A stretch of DNA of 64,000 nt, taken from positions 817,466 to 881,465 of the forward strand of contig JAQGDQ010000048.1 of the NCBI GenBank assembly GCA_030141605.1. Reading direction: 5' to 3'. A program made the position numbers and the translations under genes. Below are positions 1 through 11,984 of this stretch, piece after piece. The stretch is from Tubiluchus corallicola (taxonomy: Eukaryota > Animalia > Priapulida). A model generated the notes under the pieces. That model made no database searches. It saw only the letters and a list, made by a program, of their open reading frames with translations, and was not told where the DNA came from. Position 1 is the first letter of the stretch, and each line of letters begins with the position of its first letter.

Positions 1-831
1 ATGCGTTAGAAATTAAAGAAATTATTTTCACTTAGAAACTTTGGCCATCTGGATTGTAAGAAGGCTAAACAGACTTAGTGATTCAATTGTGTGAACGTAT
101 TACAGACACGCCTTTTTATTATGTTACTTTCATGCCAGCAAAATTAAATTTTTTAGGTTTAGGTATGCTTATTTTATTTTCTCAACAGAATGGCTTACTC
201 CGTATGTAGCTAAGCTCTCAGAATGTACCTGTACTGACGATCGGTGCCTTCGTCATTGTTATAGAGTTTAGGTGTGTTTGCTAAGGACACGTATCCATCA
301 TGATATGTTTAAATACGGCATGAAGAGTAACAGTATTTGCTCAATATTTCTCCTCAGTATACAGCCATTTCTGGTCTTATATTTATTATATTGTTTCGCA
401 GATCCCATTATGAGTCCGTCGAGTATAACTGCGATTATTTTTATGACATGTCAGCTGAGTTTTGCCAATAGCGGGCGTACCGCAGGGGCCCATTGTGTCA
501 CCTAATTGCTTGTGTTTGCATGCCGGGTAATTAAAGCGGACAGAAAATGAGAAAAATATTGTCTGCTGTTGATTACATCAGGAAATGCTGTTTGATGTAC
601 ATTTTTGCAAGAAAGGGGAGGTTTGCAGATTTATTTACACTGTTCGCTGGCATGCATGATGGAAAACTTGATTTTTGCATTGTAAAAATGTTAATACACA
701 ATGGTAGTTTGTATAAATTCTAAACCTGAAACCATCACCACTGGCTATGTGCTCCAGGAATAGAAATAGCCATTCATTCTTTTTCTATTCATAGAACATA
801 GATATAGATATATTTACACATGTCTGTACAA

Positions 832-913
832 AGTTATAGATTCTATTTCTATATATATAAATATGGATACATGTATATCAGTGTCTATATCTATAGAAAT
901 AGAATCTGTAGCT
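832..913. repeat. AT-rich inverted repeat (28-bp arms)
   Basis: AGTTATAGATTCTATTTCTATATATATA pairs with TATATCTATAGAAATAGAATCTGTAGCT with 3 differences. Confidence 0.75.
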
Positions 914-3656
914 ATGTTAGAGTACTAACGAACACATTTTTTCTATTACCAATTTGAATTTAATGTGAATTCTCTACAAAAAACTACCCGCATACTGCTG
1001 CCGTGAAAAAAAAAGAGTAAACTCAGTCTAGCAGAATTTAAGTCATTGGCGCTTAATTTTCTGTAGTCAATTGTTTTGGATAAAATGTCTTTCATCAAGG
1101 TTGATATTCTCTTTTAGAAGGTTCCGCAACTGATGTGATTTGAAGAATTTTGTTAAAGTATAAGAAACTTCTATTCCTGGCGGCGTAAAAACCTCTAATG
1201 TTATTAACGCTTATATCGGAATCTTAACAAATCTTAATTTGATCAAATTTTGCCCGAAGCGTTTTCGTTGAAGTATTTTCACTGTTACTTAACGTTATCA
1301 CGTTTTTCTCAACATATATTTAGACCTAAGTGCTTTCATCATGGCTCCACCGTGTATGCAACTCCACTGTTTTCACCACAAGTTGGTACTGCTGCGATTC
1401 TTCCTTCGCCTTGCTGTACCGCCCATTTGCATTCTGTTAGTGTCAGAAGCCGTATAGTAATGGTCGTAAATAAGGAGTGTTTACAGCCCTCAAGAGAAAG
1501 AGGATCAACACTGCGGTGCGCTACTGTAATCCTCTTTATTAAGAAGAAATTAGCCGCCGAGGAAGGAAAGCTGTATACTGAGGGAGCTGGCAGTGATGAT
1601 ATATATCTGAACATGAATGTAGGTAACAAGCGTCGCCGTACCAGAGGCCTATTAAAATAAGTCGCGAAGTGTGTAGTGCCATTGCTCCTTAGATCAACAA
1701 TAGTTGGTAACTTCCACAGATTTGCGACAATAGAGTGACATTTCTCTGGCATAAATATGATTCTTCTAATAAGGTTTGCGTTAAAAAGAAACTCTCATAA
1801 AAACAAGGTACAACTAAAACAGCGAAAGAAACAGCAGTACCTTCATATCCCATTCTGTTTAATTCAGGAGCTTGAGGAACCTTTGCACCTTTGAACCTGT
1901 GTTAAAAGGTCAAGCCTATGAACACTGAACATCTTTCTTTTTGCCTTCATTTTGTTCAAAAAAAACATTTTGTACAAGCTCTCTTAACTGGGAATAACTT
2001 TCATTTCCATGACAGTATTATGTTGTAAAAAATCTATTATTGCTTTGACAAATTGCTCTTCTAACTGCGGCTATAATAGCATTTATACACAAGACACTCA
2101 CCGCCTCTCACACAAAAGGCAGTTTAAAACTTTTCCAGCGCGCAGATTAAATTAGCAAATTAATTTTCCACTGGGTGGCCGCATGTTGAATAGAAGCTGT
2201 AGTTTTATTAGAAGCCAGATAAAGGCAAGATGATCGAGTTGTAAGGAAAAGAAGAAATTGCTGCAAAGTTACGTGATTATAGGCTGCGAATTTAGTAATG
2301 GAAAGTGCAATAAGCTTATTCTCCTGGGATTTTTAACTGATTACATGGCTTCGTTTAGCGTAATATGTATATATTTACATATTACATAAAAGCCCCATAC
2401 ACCAGGAGCTTTTATACTTTGTGAAGTTTTTCAAACGGTGAGCTCCTTAATAGGCATAATAACTATATCTTTAAGAAGTAAGTTCTCTATAATTCAAAAG
2501 TTTTAAAAGAGATTGTTTCTTTCAGAAGTTTTGAAAATAACTGTACCATTGAAAACTTCTTTATATATCACCGTTAATGTATATAACTTGTCTCAATTTT
2601 CTGTCAATTTCGTGTACAATATTACAGGTTCATTTACATTTTCTGTGCATGCGTGCCCAAGTCTTCACTTAAAAAGGCGCCTCACAAAATGAAACTCCCT
2701 TTAGATGTTTTACTGAATGATTACGGTCGCCCAAAACCGACAAAACTCACAAGACAGAGGACCATTATATGAAACAGGAAAAGAAACAGGCGGAAAATTA
2801 ACGTCTAATCAGGATTGATACACAAACAATGCATCGAGCGAAAATGAATCCAAATCCGCCACAATGGACGGATAAATTGTATCTCGCACGAGCTAAGTCG
2901 ATTAATGAGCGAACTTGAAGATAGCGACAGGCCGTGTTATTGGGTCTTTGGGGGGAAGTCAAGGGGAAATTGTTTGTAATTACTTTGCCGTTTTTGTCCG
3001 TGGCAAAATGTTTAACCGTTAAAAGTTCGGGTAGAGATAAACATTGGACGCATGCATTCGTCATGCATCATTACTGTGAAACCACACGTGCTACGAAACA
3101 GGAAATCAATGAGTGAATGGAAAATATTTATATTACATTGTATGACTTCATTTTTTCGTTCGTGGTTAGCAAAATTCCAAAAGTGTCTTGCGTTAGTCTG
3201 TTTGGTTATTTATAATTTATATGATAGGCTTTTTTGTAACAGTAATTAACAAACATAGTCACTATTGGAATTCACCACATGACTGGCTAGGCGTTTCTTA
3301 GTTACTATAAATGCCTAACGTAATTTAATCTAATGTGGCGACGTCTCCTCCTAAAATTTCTCAGTGGCATTTTTTAACTAATTTTTCCTGCTTTCGCGCT
3401 GATGAGTTTCTAAGTTAAATTCGTTATATAGTTAGCAGGTTAAGTTGAGAAAAAATCATAGTGGCACTGAATTTTTTACTAGTTAATGTTTTTGGAAGCC
3501 AGTTGACAAAATCTTCATTTTTGCATTCTTGGAGCAATAGCAAAAAAGCTATTTTAGAATGTAAATTCGTTCTGAGATTGAGATTCCTGCTGCAAAACCG
3601 CTTTCAGAAAAATTTATTTAATTCGTCTATTGTTGACTATCTGTTTATTCTTATAG

Positions 3657-3808
3657 GAGATCAAATGGACAACAGCCTTGGTTCACAAGACGGTAGTGAT
3701 CTAGAGGGCAGCACCGATGACCCAAAAGGAAAACGGCAAAAGAAACGGGGAATTTTTCCAAAAGTTGCTACAAATATAATGCGAGCGTGGTTATTTCAAC
3801 ATTTAAGT
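3657..3808 (+). CDS. Meis: Meis/homothorax paralogue A, internal exon encoding the linker and homeodomain helix 1 ([51 protein letters not shown])
   Basis: Acceptor ttatag ends at 3656 and donor GTAAGT starts at 3809. [22 protein letters not shown] is the Meis/hth homeodomain N-terminus. Phase 1 in, phase 0 out. Confidence 0.96.
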
Positions 3809-5605
3809 GTAAGTAGTCGCTTCTGTATACCCGCTTGGACACCTGACGTTTTGTATGATGTTTTTACATATTTTGCCCAAAATAAATTGCAAATAGCACT
3901 GTTAAATTATGCTGTAGGCGATGTGTTAATGGTGCACTGGTACAGTTATGCAACATGAAAATACATTTCAAGACGCAAAGATTCTAGAGATTCGTGTGTC
4001 TTGTTACGCCACCTTGTTATTTTTTCCTGTAAAAATCTTGCAATCAGTAAATATTTGATGAAACCGCAAAGCGTACGCATTGCGGCATTATATTTGTATT
4101 ATTATAGTTTGTTGTTTTGGCGTTTGCTTAATGTATTTAATCAGACGGTCCTGTACCTATTGAATAAAGAAATGAATCCAAGGGGCGGGTCTTTATTAGG
4201 TGAGCCCTGTTTTACAGATATCACGTAAACTGGAGGCGACAAGTGTCGGTTTAGATAAATTTTAATTATTATAGGTTGTGTAAGTTAGAGAATTTTTGTT
4301 TTCTAAATAACGTTTTCTTTGTGTTGGAGTTTTAGATGAGCGCGTCTTTTTTAGCCTGCCGTTCATCACGCGAGATGACAGTTTTTAATACTGTATAAGA
4401 AGAGAAAGCACAACGAGCTTATTAAATATTCACACATCGTCGTTGGCATGTATTTTCATTTGAAATATGATCACCGATGAATAATATACGTGTTAAGTGT
4501 GAGATCTCCTCTAAATTACGTGAAAATAGATGATGTGGTCTCGACATGTTTTGCCGATAGAGAATTTAGTGTTGCTTGTGTTTTTCAGAAGTAAGGAAGG
4601 CTTCTGATGTAGTTGCACAACAGTTAATCACAAAATTACACTTATAATTTACATTGGTATAAACTGAAGCCAAACTGTACAATTTGTGAAAAGTCGGCAA
4701 AAATCGAATAATAAATAAACGTAATTGTTATTTTTCCATTAATTAGCTATATTTTTTGTGAATCAAGTTTGGAAAATTATGGCAGCTGTGAAAGTAGATG
4801 TTGTAATTCTGAATTTCTGCTGAATTTCTAATGCTGCGCCAAAAAGGCGGCATCCATACAATTAATATAAAAATTGTAAATGCAAGAAATAATAAAGATT
4901 TTTTTAATTTTTTTGTGATAAACTATTGGCATCATTACGAAATTAGAAGTCGGCTGTGATTTCTGTATGTGACATTAACAGTTTACCTTAACTTGAAATT
5001 TATATGGCCAAAAAATCCCGCGAAGCGTTAACACTTTGCCGGCATGGTAAAATATACAACATATTTATGGTAATATATAAATATGTGAAGAAACCAAACG
5101 TAATTCTGCATCATGCATTATAACTCCCACTGTTAATTATAACTCCCGATGACCGAACGCGTGCTATTATAGGCGCAGTTTTTAGAGAAAACAAACCAAG
5201 AGGCGCCGAAGTGAACAATTTGTTATGATTAGCGTGTGCATGATATCACACCTTTGACACTGACACGCGCCTCCGCTGAAAAGAGCGCCTCTTTTTGTGT
5301 CAGGGAAAAGGTCAAGTCTGCAAAACCAGGAAATGAAAATAACCCAGCTGATGCATCGTGATGTTGTGATCCTTACAGTAGTGAAGCTGTTAACGTTGGC
5401 TTCATTACAAATAAGGTAAAACGTGTAATGGCGTTTTTTTATTTTCGATTTTTTTGTGTGTGAAAACCCAGGGTCCCTGAAACAACAACCGCACACGGAT
5501 ACTTTGAACCCGAAGTCACCTTACGTTTGTTGTACGTTGAAAGAGCTGCCGCATGATGGTTTTATGTCTAATATGCGCAGTCTCATGATGATGACAGGTG
5601 ACAGT

Positions 5606-5737
5606 GAGAGAAAGAGAGAGGGAGGGAGGGAAGGGGGAGGGAGGGAGATAGATAAATAAATAGATAGATAGATAGAGTGTGAGAGGGGGAGAACGAGAGA
5701 GGGAGAGAGGGAGAGAGACACACACAGAGGAGGGGGT
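5606..5737. repeat. Compound GA/GGGA/GATA microsatellite
   Basis: Directly visible. Confidence 0.9.
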
Positions 5738-6950
5738 GTGAGTTTCCATGAAAATAATTCGGTGGGTAAGTTATTAAGTTTGCATTAAAAAGTATTGATT
5801 TAACATTCCTAGTTAGACCACAACAACATCATAAACGGAATTAAAAAGATTAGGTTAGTAAGAATGCTGCTGTGGATTGTTATTATAGGCAATGTTGACT
5901 AATTACTATTGATGGATAATCCGCTTAAATCGGCTTACAGTTCCCACCAGAGCAAAGAACATTGATTGCCCTAATTCCCCGCTAAACGTTTCTTATTTGT
6001 CTGGCTTCACGTGGCTATATCCCTTTGTGTTAGAGACCTGGCGGCCTTTTGTGTGTTGTAAAGAATCAGTTTTTTCCTATTGCTTCCCAATGAAAAATTA
6101 GTTCCTTAATCACACACTATGAGTGGAATGCTCGGAGTGATTTATCGAGACTCTACAGTCGCCAACCTGAACTGGAAACTCTAACTGTGTAACTATTATT
6201 GATTGGCTGATTATAAGGTATTCTTGTGCGAGTTGCGTTACACAGATTGATAAAAATTTTACAATAAACAGACCTAGCAGTAGAACGGAACAAGGAACAT
6301 GAAAAAGACTCACTTTCCTCTGGTAATTGGATATTCAGTAATTGGTTTAATCTACATGTCTTGATCTTGTTCATCCAGTTTAGTTGATTATTATCATTTT
6401 GTCCTTGTCCGGTTCTTGTCTGCTGAACTTTCGCCCGGTAAGGCTAAACAGTTTCGTGTTTCGTTCTTTCTGCCATGAAGCTCATTTAGTTTCAAGAAAA
6501 TTCAGTTGTTGTGCAAAAGTTACCTCATTTTTCTGCTCAGTCCCTGACTCGTCCTCGGCACCCCGTATACAAGAAATGAGATTTCTCTGCTTGTATTGAA
6601 TTCCTTGCCAGAGTGATTATTACTTAGCAAATCGACCATCAATCAAAGTTAGGCTGTAATCTACTGTCGCACTGACAATGTCATTATTGTGCATCAGAGC
6701 AACTTACATGGTCAGCGCGGAGCATTAATTAAAACTGCAGCTTTAATTAAACTAGTCCCGCTTGACGTCATTGTTGTGTCTTTTCGTCATAAGGCGCTTG
6801 CCTAAAAGCATATCGCATATTTCACAAGATGTTCAAGTTCGATAGAAATTTTTGATTTAAATGAGACGAGAACAGCTAAAATAACTTTCCTAAAATCAAG
6901 GAAGAGGTAACTAATTACTTGATCGGATGACCAATATTATTATTACATGA

Positions 6951-7025
6951 ATGTTGTATTATATTGTATTGCATTGCGTTGCATTGTGTTGTGTTGCGAT
7001 GCGATGCGGTGTATTGCATTTGGTT
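6951..7025. repeat. Degenerate pentanucleotide repeat (ATTGY/GTTGT)
   Basis: Directly visible. Confidence 0.75.
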
Positions 7026-7332
7026 TGCTTTATATTATGTGATTTTATATGTAAAAAAGATATGTAAGAGACGTCTAAAAGAAAGGGGGGATACGCAGAT
7101 CAGTGAGTGGCGACCAAACGAAAAACAAATAAATCGATGAACGATAAAATGTGCTAGCCTTGGAGAGAATGGATTAATGTATGAGTGAAAAAACGAATAA
7201 GTAAGATAACGATTGTGTGAGTGAGCTATTAAATAAGTGAAGTAAAAGAAAGAGAAAAGGATAGGATTCAGAATGAAGAGAACAGAAATGTGGAAAAGAG
7301 AGAGAGATAGAAAGAGGAAGAGACAACGATAA

Positions 7333-7438
7333 ATGGATGGATGGATGGATGGATGGATGGATGGATGGATGGACGGACGGACGGACGGACGGACGGACGG
7401 ACGGACGGACGGACGGACGGACGGACAGACAGACAGAC
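7333..7438. repeat. Compound tetranucleotide microsatellite (ATGG)n(ACGG)n(ACAG)n
   Basis: Directly visible. Confidence 0.95.
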
Positions 7439-9088
7439 GTGAGAGAAAGATGAGAAAAGAGAAATAGACGGAGAGAGAAAGAGAGAGAGAGAGACTGACA
7501 GCGGAAGGGGAAGAACTGAAGAAAGAAAACAACGACTGGTAAACTAAGCCTATTTGCACAGTTAGTTGTAACAGAAAAGTTTAGGATTTTGGAACAGCTA
7601 AAATAACTGTCTTTTTGTTAGCGTTCACAACAGAATGAAATTTGGCTTCATCAAGTATGTTTTCTTTAATTTGATTTATTTTATTTGCAAGCTTAGTTTC
7701 AAAATATCAAACTCATGCGCCACATTGTATTTGTAACGGACGTATCCGTATCTTAAGCTCTTAATTAAGTGTGCAATTGTGCACGGATTATCCTAATTAA
7801 TAAAGGGTCAATAAAGTGGCCGATGGTCAGTTGTTTCCTTTGTTTAGACAGTATTGAATTTAATTAGAATCTACGTTGTCAAGTAAATACTCGTGCGTTG
7901 ATCTTTATTTACTATTCTGATCGCGAGTATTTGCATATAGGTGAACTGCCAGATTTATAATGGAACTGGGCAGTAACAAGTTTTAAATTTCAAATACCAA
8001 AAGTAGTGATAAAAAGTTATATTTTAATAAAAATTTTGGTAAACGGACGTTCGCACTTACTGTGCGGCTCTGTGTACAGTTGGAAAAGCTTTCGACGAAA
8101 GATAGTTAAAGAGCACACTTTAGTTTTTGTAGCACTTCAGAAATTGTGAAATACTGGATAGAATCACCAGTAAATGCTGGCATTTTGCTAAGATTCAATT
8201 TAACTACATCGAATGTTTTGCTTAACTCTACAGTTAATTTATGTGTATAAGTATAAGGCATAAACCATGATATTTGTGTATTTTAATCAATATCTGATCT
8301 AAATTATTAATCTAATCTAATCTAATCTATTTTAATCTAAATTATGTATTGGTTTGGTAGCTTTGGTTAAGAAAATAATTAGACAGTTTCGTTTATTTAT
8401 TCCTGAAACCGAAAACTTCTGAACGAATAGTTTGTGTTTTAGTGAGTCGTAGCCAGATCTGTATTTTTGAATAGGTAAAATTAATTTTTATAATGCAAAC
8501 TGCAGAATAAAATGCCCAATGTCTGACTATTAACGACTACAATGTACCCTACTCTTCTTACAATTCACGCTGTCGTAATGTGTTTTACCGAATGTTTTTA
8601 ATGTATCGATGCACATATTGGAACATAATGAGGGTTTTATAGGAATTTATATATATATATATTTCAGTTGTAGTTTTCTTTATAGTGTATTGTAGTTTTC
8701 TTAGGTCACTGAAGCCAAGCCATTCAAACGATTCTAGCAGGCAAAGGTCGCCAAGCAGGAGTCCGAACGTTTCCCTTATATTTTTTAGGCAACTGAAGCC
8801 AAACCATTGAACTTGCTACCGGGAGAACGCTAGAATACAACTGGCTTTCGTTTTTATTTTGAAGGTCCGTAGGGTCTTTTAATACTCCCAGAATGTGTTG
8901 GATTGTCGTACAAAGCTGCCGAAATGTATCCTGCAATACTTGGCATGTGGTTAGTGACTAGTGGCAGAAAGTGTCATTACGAGTTGACTTTGATTTGACA
9001 TAAAATTTCGGTCAAAGGTGGACGGCTCTGTTTTTATGAAAAGTGCTACCAACCATTGCTGGGTGCTTTTCAGATTTCAGAAAGCCCG

Positions 9089-9182
9089 TACGAAGACATA
9101 TTTCATTCATTTCTGTATATATAAATAAATAAATAAATATATATATATATATATACAGAAATGAATGAAGTATGCCTTCGTA
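9089..9182. repeat. Inverted repeat (35-bp arms) around a TAAA/TA microsatellite
   Basis: TACGAAGACATATTTCATTCATTTCTGTATATATA pairs with TATATATACAGAAATGAATGAAGTATGCCTTCGTA with 2 differences. Confidence 0.85.
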
Positions 9183-10280
9183 TATCATATATATATATAT
9201 GATACTGGCAGTGGTCGAATCTTTGTTTAATCTTTTAGCTCATCTGGTAGGATGCTAGACCTACTTAATCCCCAAATTGGCATCATTTCCAGGCGAAACT
9301 TTTGTGCTGAAATCTCTGGGCAGATTAAACTCGTCGTGTTCGAACGCTCCGTAAAGAAATTAGACCAGTTCGATCGCTAATGACCTACCATAAATCATTC
9401 AACTTCCATTTGAATAGTTCTTCTTCCATTTAATTTATGTCTTCTACGATTCATCATTGATGAGAAACAGGGCGTATCTGATTTTCAAAGGGATGCACAG
9501 AAGTACAGAGACCAAAAATACTTAGTTTAAACGAAACTCATATTTTTTTCTTTCTTCAGCTGAAATTGCATTTAAAACGTTCAAATCTTTCTTCTCTTTT
9601 AATCGCATCCTTTTCTTTTCTCGCAACCTTGCGGTGCTTCTGTCTTCTGAGAATTTTGGGAAGAATTTCATTTCGTTCCATGAGATGATTAAGGAAGTCG
9701 TTTAGTCGTTTAAACAAGCTGGATAAGTGTTTTTGTGAGGATTCTAAAACGGCGCGTTGTGCAAATTTATGTTAAACTGTCTGGGCGCAATGGAAATTTA
9801 TGCTTCGGGTTGGAATGTGTTGATGTCATGACTGGTTTTTCACTAAACAGGGGGTGATTTACAGGTACATTGATGTCATCATTTTGTTTATCCCTGATAG
9901 TTGTGCAATGTACAATTGTACGTTCACAGATTCATATTACTACAATGAACAATTTTTGGAATTGCCATCCTGCAATGCGTCTCGACTGAATAAAACTGTC
10001 AGACTTTTTTCTTTCTGTGACGTGACTATATATGGCTGAATATGGCAGTTTCACATTTCCAAAATCTGGGCAACAGCGTCACGATGGCCATTTTCGCAAT
10101 GGTCAGATTTTGGTGTTCGTATTGTAATAGATCTCGGCTTGTAGTGAAACTACAAAGTCTGACGCCACGAACGTCACGTGATGATTTAACGTGACGTGGT
10201 TGCTAATTAGGCTGTTTCTTTCTTTGCCTGAAATTTCCACTAATTGAGATTTTGATTTTGTCTTTCCTACTATATCTTTC

Positions 10281-10385
10281 TTACCATATTTTACCTTAAC
10301 TTTCTTTACCTTGCCCTACCATACTTACTTACCTTTTCTTACCCTACCTTAACTACCTTGCACTATCTTACCTTGCCTTGCCTTT
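10281..10385. repeat. Degenerate (TACCT/TGCCT)n repeat
   Basis: Directly visible, about 140 bp upstream of the 77-nt exon. Confidence 0.7.
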
Positions 10386-10503
10386 TGCTCGATTTGGAGG
10401 CAAAAAGTGTTATATCTAAGTAAAGATGCCAAGTCTGTTGATGAGCAGCTATTGCTATTGCTAAATTCTTTTCCATGTTTCTCCCGAGTCGTTTAACTTA
10501 TAA

Positions 10504-10602
<99 letters not shown>

Positions 10603-11760
10603 TAAGTGAAGCTTTGCTACTTCAAATTATTTTAAATAGGTTCTCAAACGGCTTTAGTCTGTGAATTAATTAGCAATTTAGAAACCAGAATGAGAAATCT
10701 TAAATGACTATACACAAACAAAAAACTTAGAGCGATCATCCGACCTATTATACACTGGTATATGTATTATACACCAGTAACCTACGTTACTATATACAAC
10801 CTACATTGAGTCACATAAACTGTCTGTGTTAATCCGTGTCATGTTGACCAATGACCACTAATTCCACGCCGGCGACTCCTCATAGTGCCAGAACTGTCCT
10901 CCGTTGACCTTTGCCTACCACCAGCAGCGTAAGTGAAACTGAGTAAAGCCATTTAAAGCGTAAACACAAGGTATGTAAATGTTAATATAAGCGTGGCTAG
11001 AGTGCTTAGAGTTTACCTAAAGCGGGTCCCGTTTCAAGCAGACGTTGACTTTCTCATGAGTTAACCAAACACGGGCTTTTTCCCCGCTGCTCCAAAGTTT
11101 GTTACAACAAACGCGGTGTGAGTATTCATAGCAAACGTGTTCAAATATCAGTTAAAAGTTCAAAAATGAAAGAAAAAACTGATAGGCAAATGTTCAACAA
11201 CTTGCTAGATTCTGTATAACATTTTTATTCGTTACACTAAAATTACAAATATTTGATATTTTCTTTGACAATTGTGGAATGAGTTATGGATACCCAATAA
11301 ACGCATAATATTTTACTTACATGCATATGTAAATATGTATGCGTATGTGTGTTCAAGCTACAAACGATAACCAATATACTCAAAACTTTTATAGGATATA
11401 CCAGACAAATGACAAAGGCAATTTGAAAATTTCGTGTTTCATTGAATGATTCTAAAAGATTACATTATGTTTATATTTAATAGAAAACAAATTAATGCAA
11501 TTTGGAACTGCTGCACACTTAAAGGCCTGCTTTAGTACTTCTGAAAGTTTTTTGTGTTTAAATGCTATTTTTGAGTTTTCCTTTCTCGAGGCCAACTAAA
11601 AGCAATTAAAAATTTAAAACAAGAATAAATAATGAGAACATATTCAGTTTTGCGATATGCTTATTGACTTATTACTGCCTAAATGACTCAACTTTGTATT
11701 AAAACATGACGTCATATGTGAGGTGGTCCTTGCTTTGAGGTAAAAAATTATAATGAAGAG

Positions 11761-11984
11761 GAAAATTACGGTATACAACTATATGTCAGATATTCTCATT
11801 AAATATTCCTCTGTCAAATTAAGATTCCTTCTAATTGACAATTAGCAAAATTCATCAAGCCGTCTGTCATGTGACAGACATGAATTCTCATTACGCAGCA
11901 AATTTCATTAGAATTTGTGTAATTTTCCTGTCAAATTTATTTGTAAGCTTGTGCAATTTTGATATCAGTTAGCTTTGACTTACC
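11761..11984 (+). promoter_or_regulatory. Intronic conserved non-coding element (candidate enhancer), copy in paralogue A
   Basis: Core 11887-11933 matches the reverse complement of 53811-53856 at 38 of 47 positions. A second block at 11950-11984 matches 53742-53773. Dense TGACA and TAAT motifs. Confidence 0.7.

Noticed and set aside
1250-1752. Overlapping 136-aa and 137-aa ORFs as a possible upstream Meis exon
   Set aside because: No MEIS-domain or linker similarity and no recognisable protein motif.
3461-3958. 165-aa ORF as a single-exon homeobox gene
   Set aside because: Only 3657-3808 is Meis-like and it is bounded by splice sites; the flanks are intron read-through.
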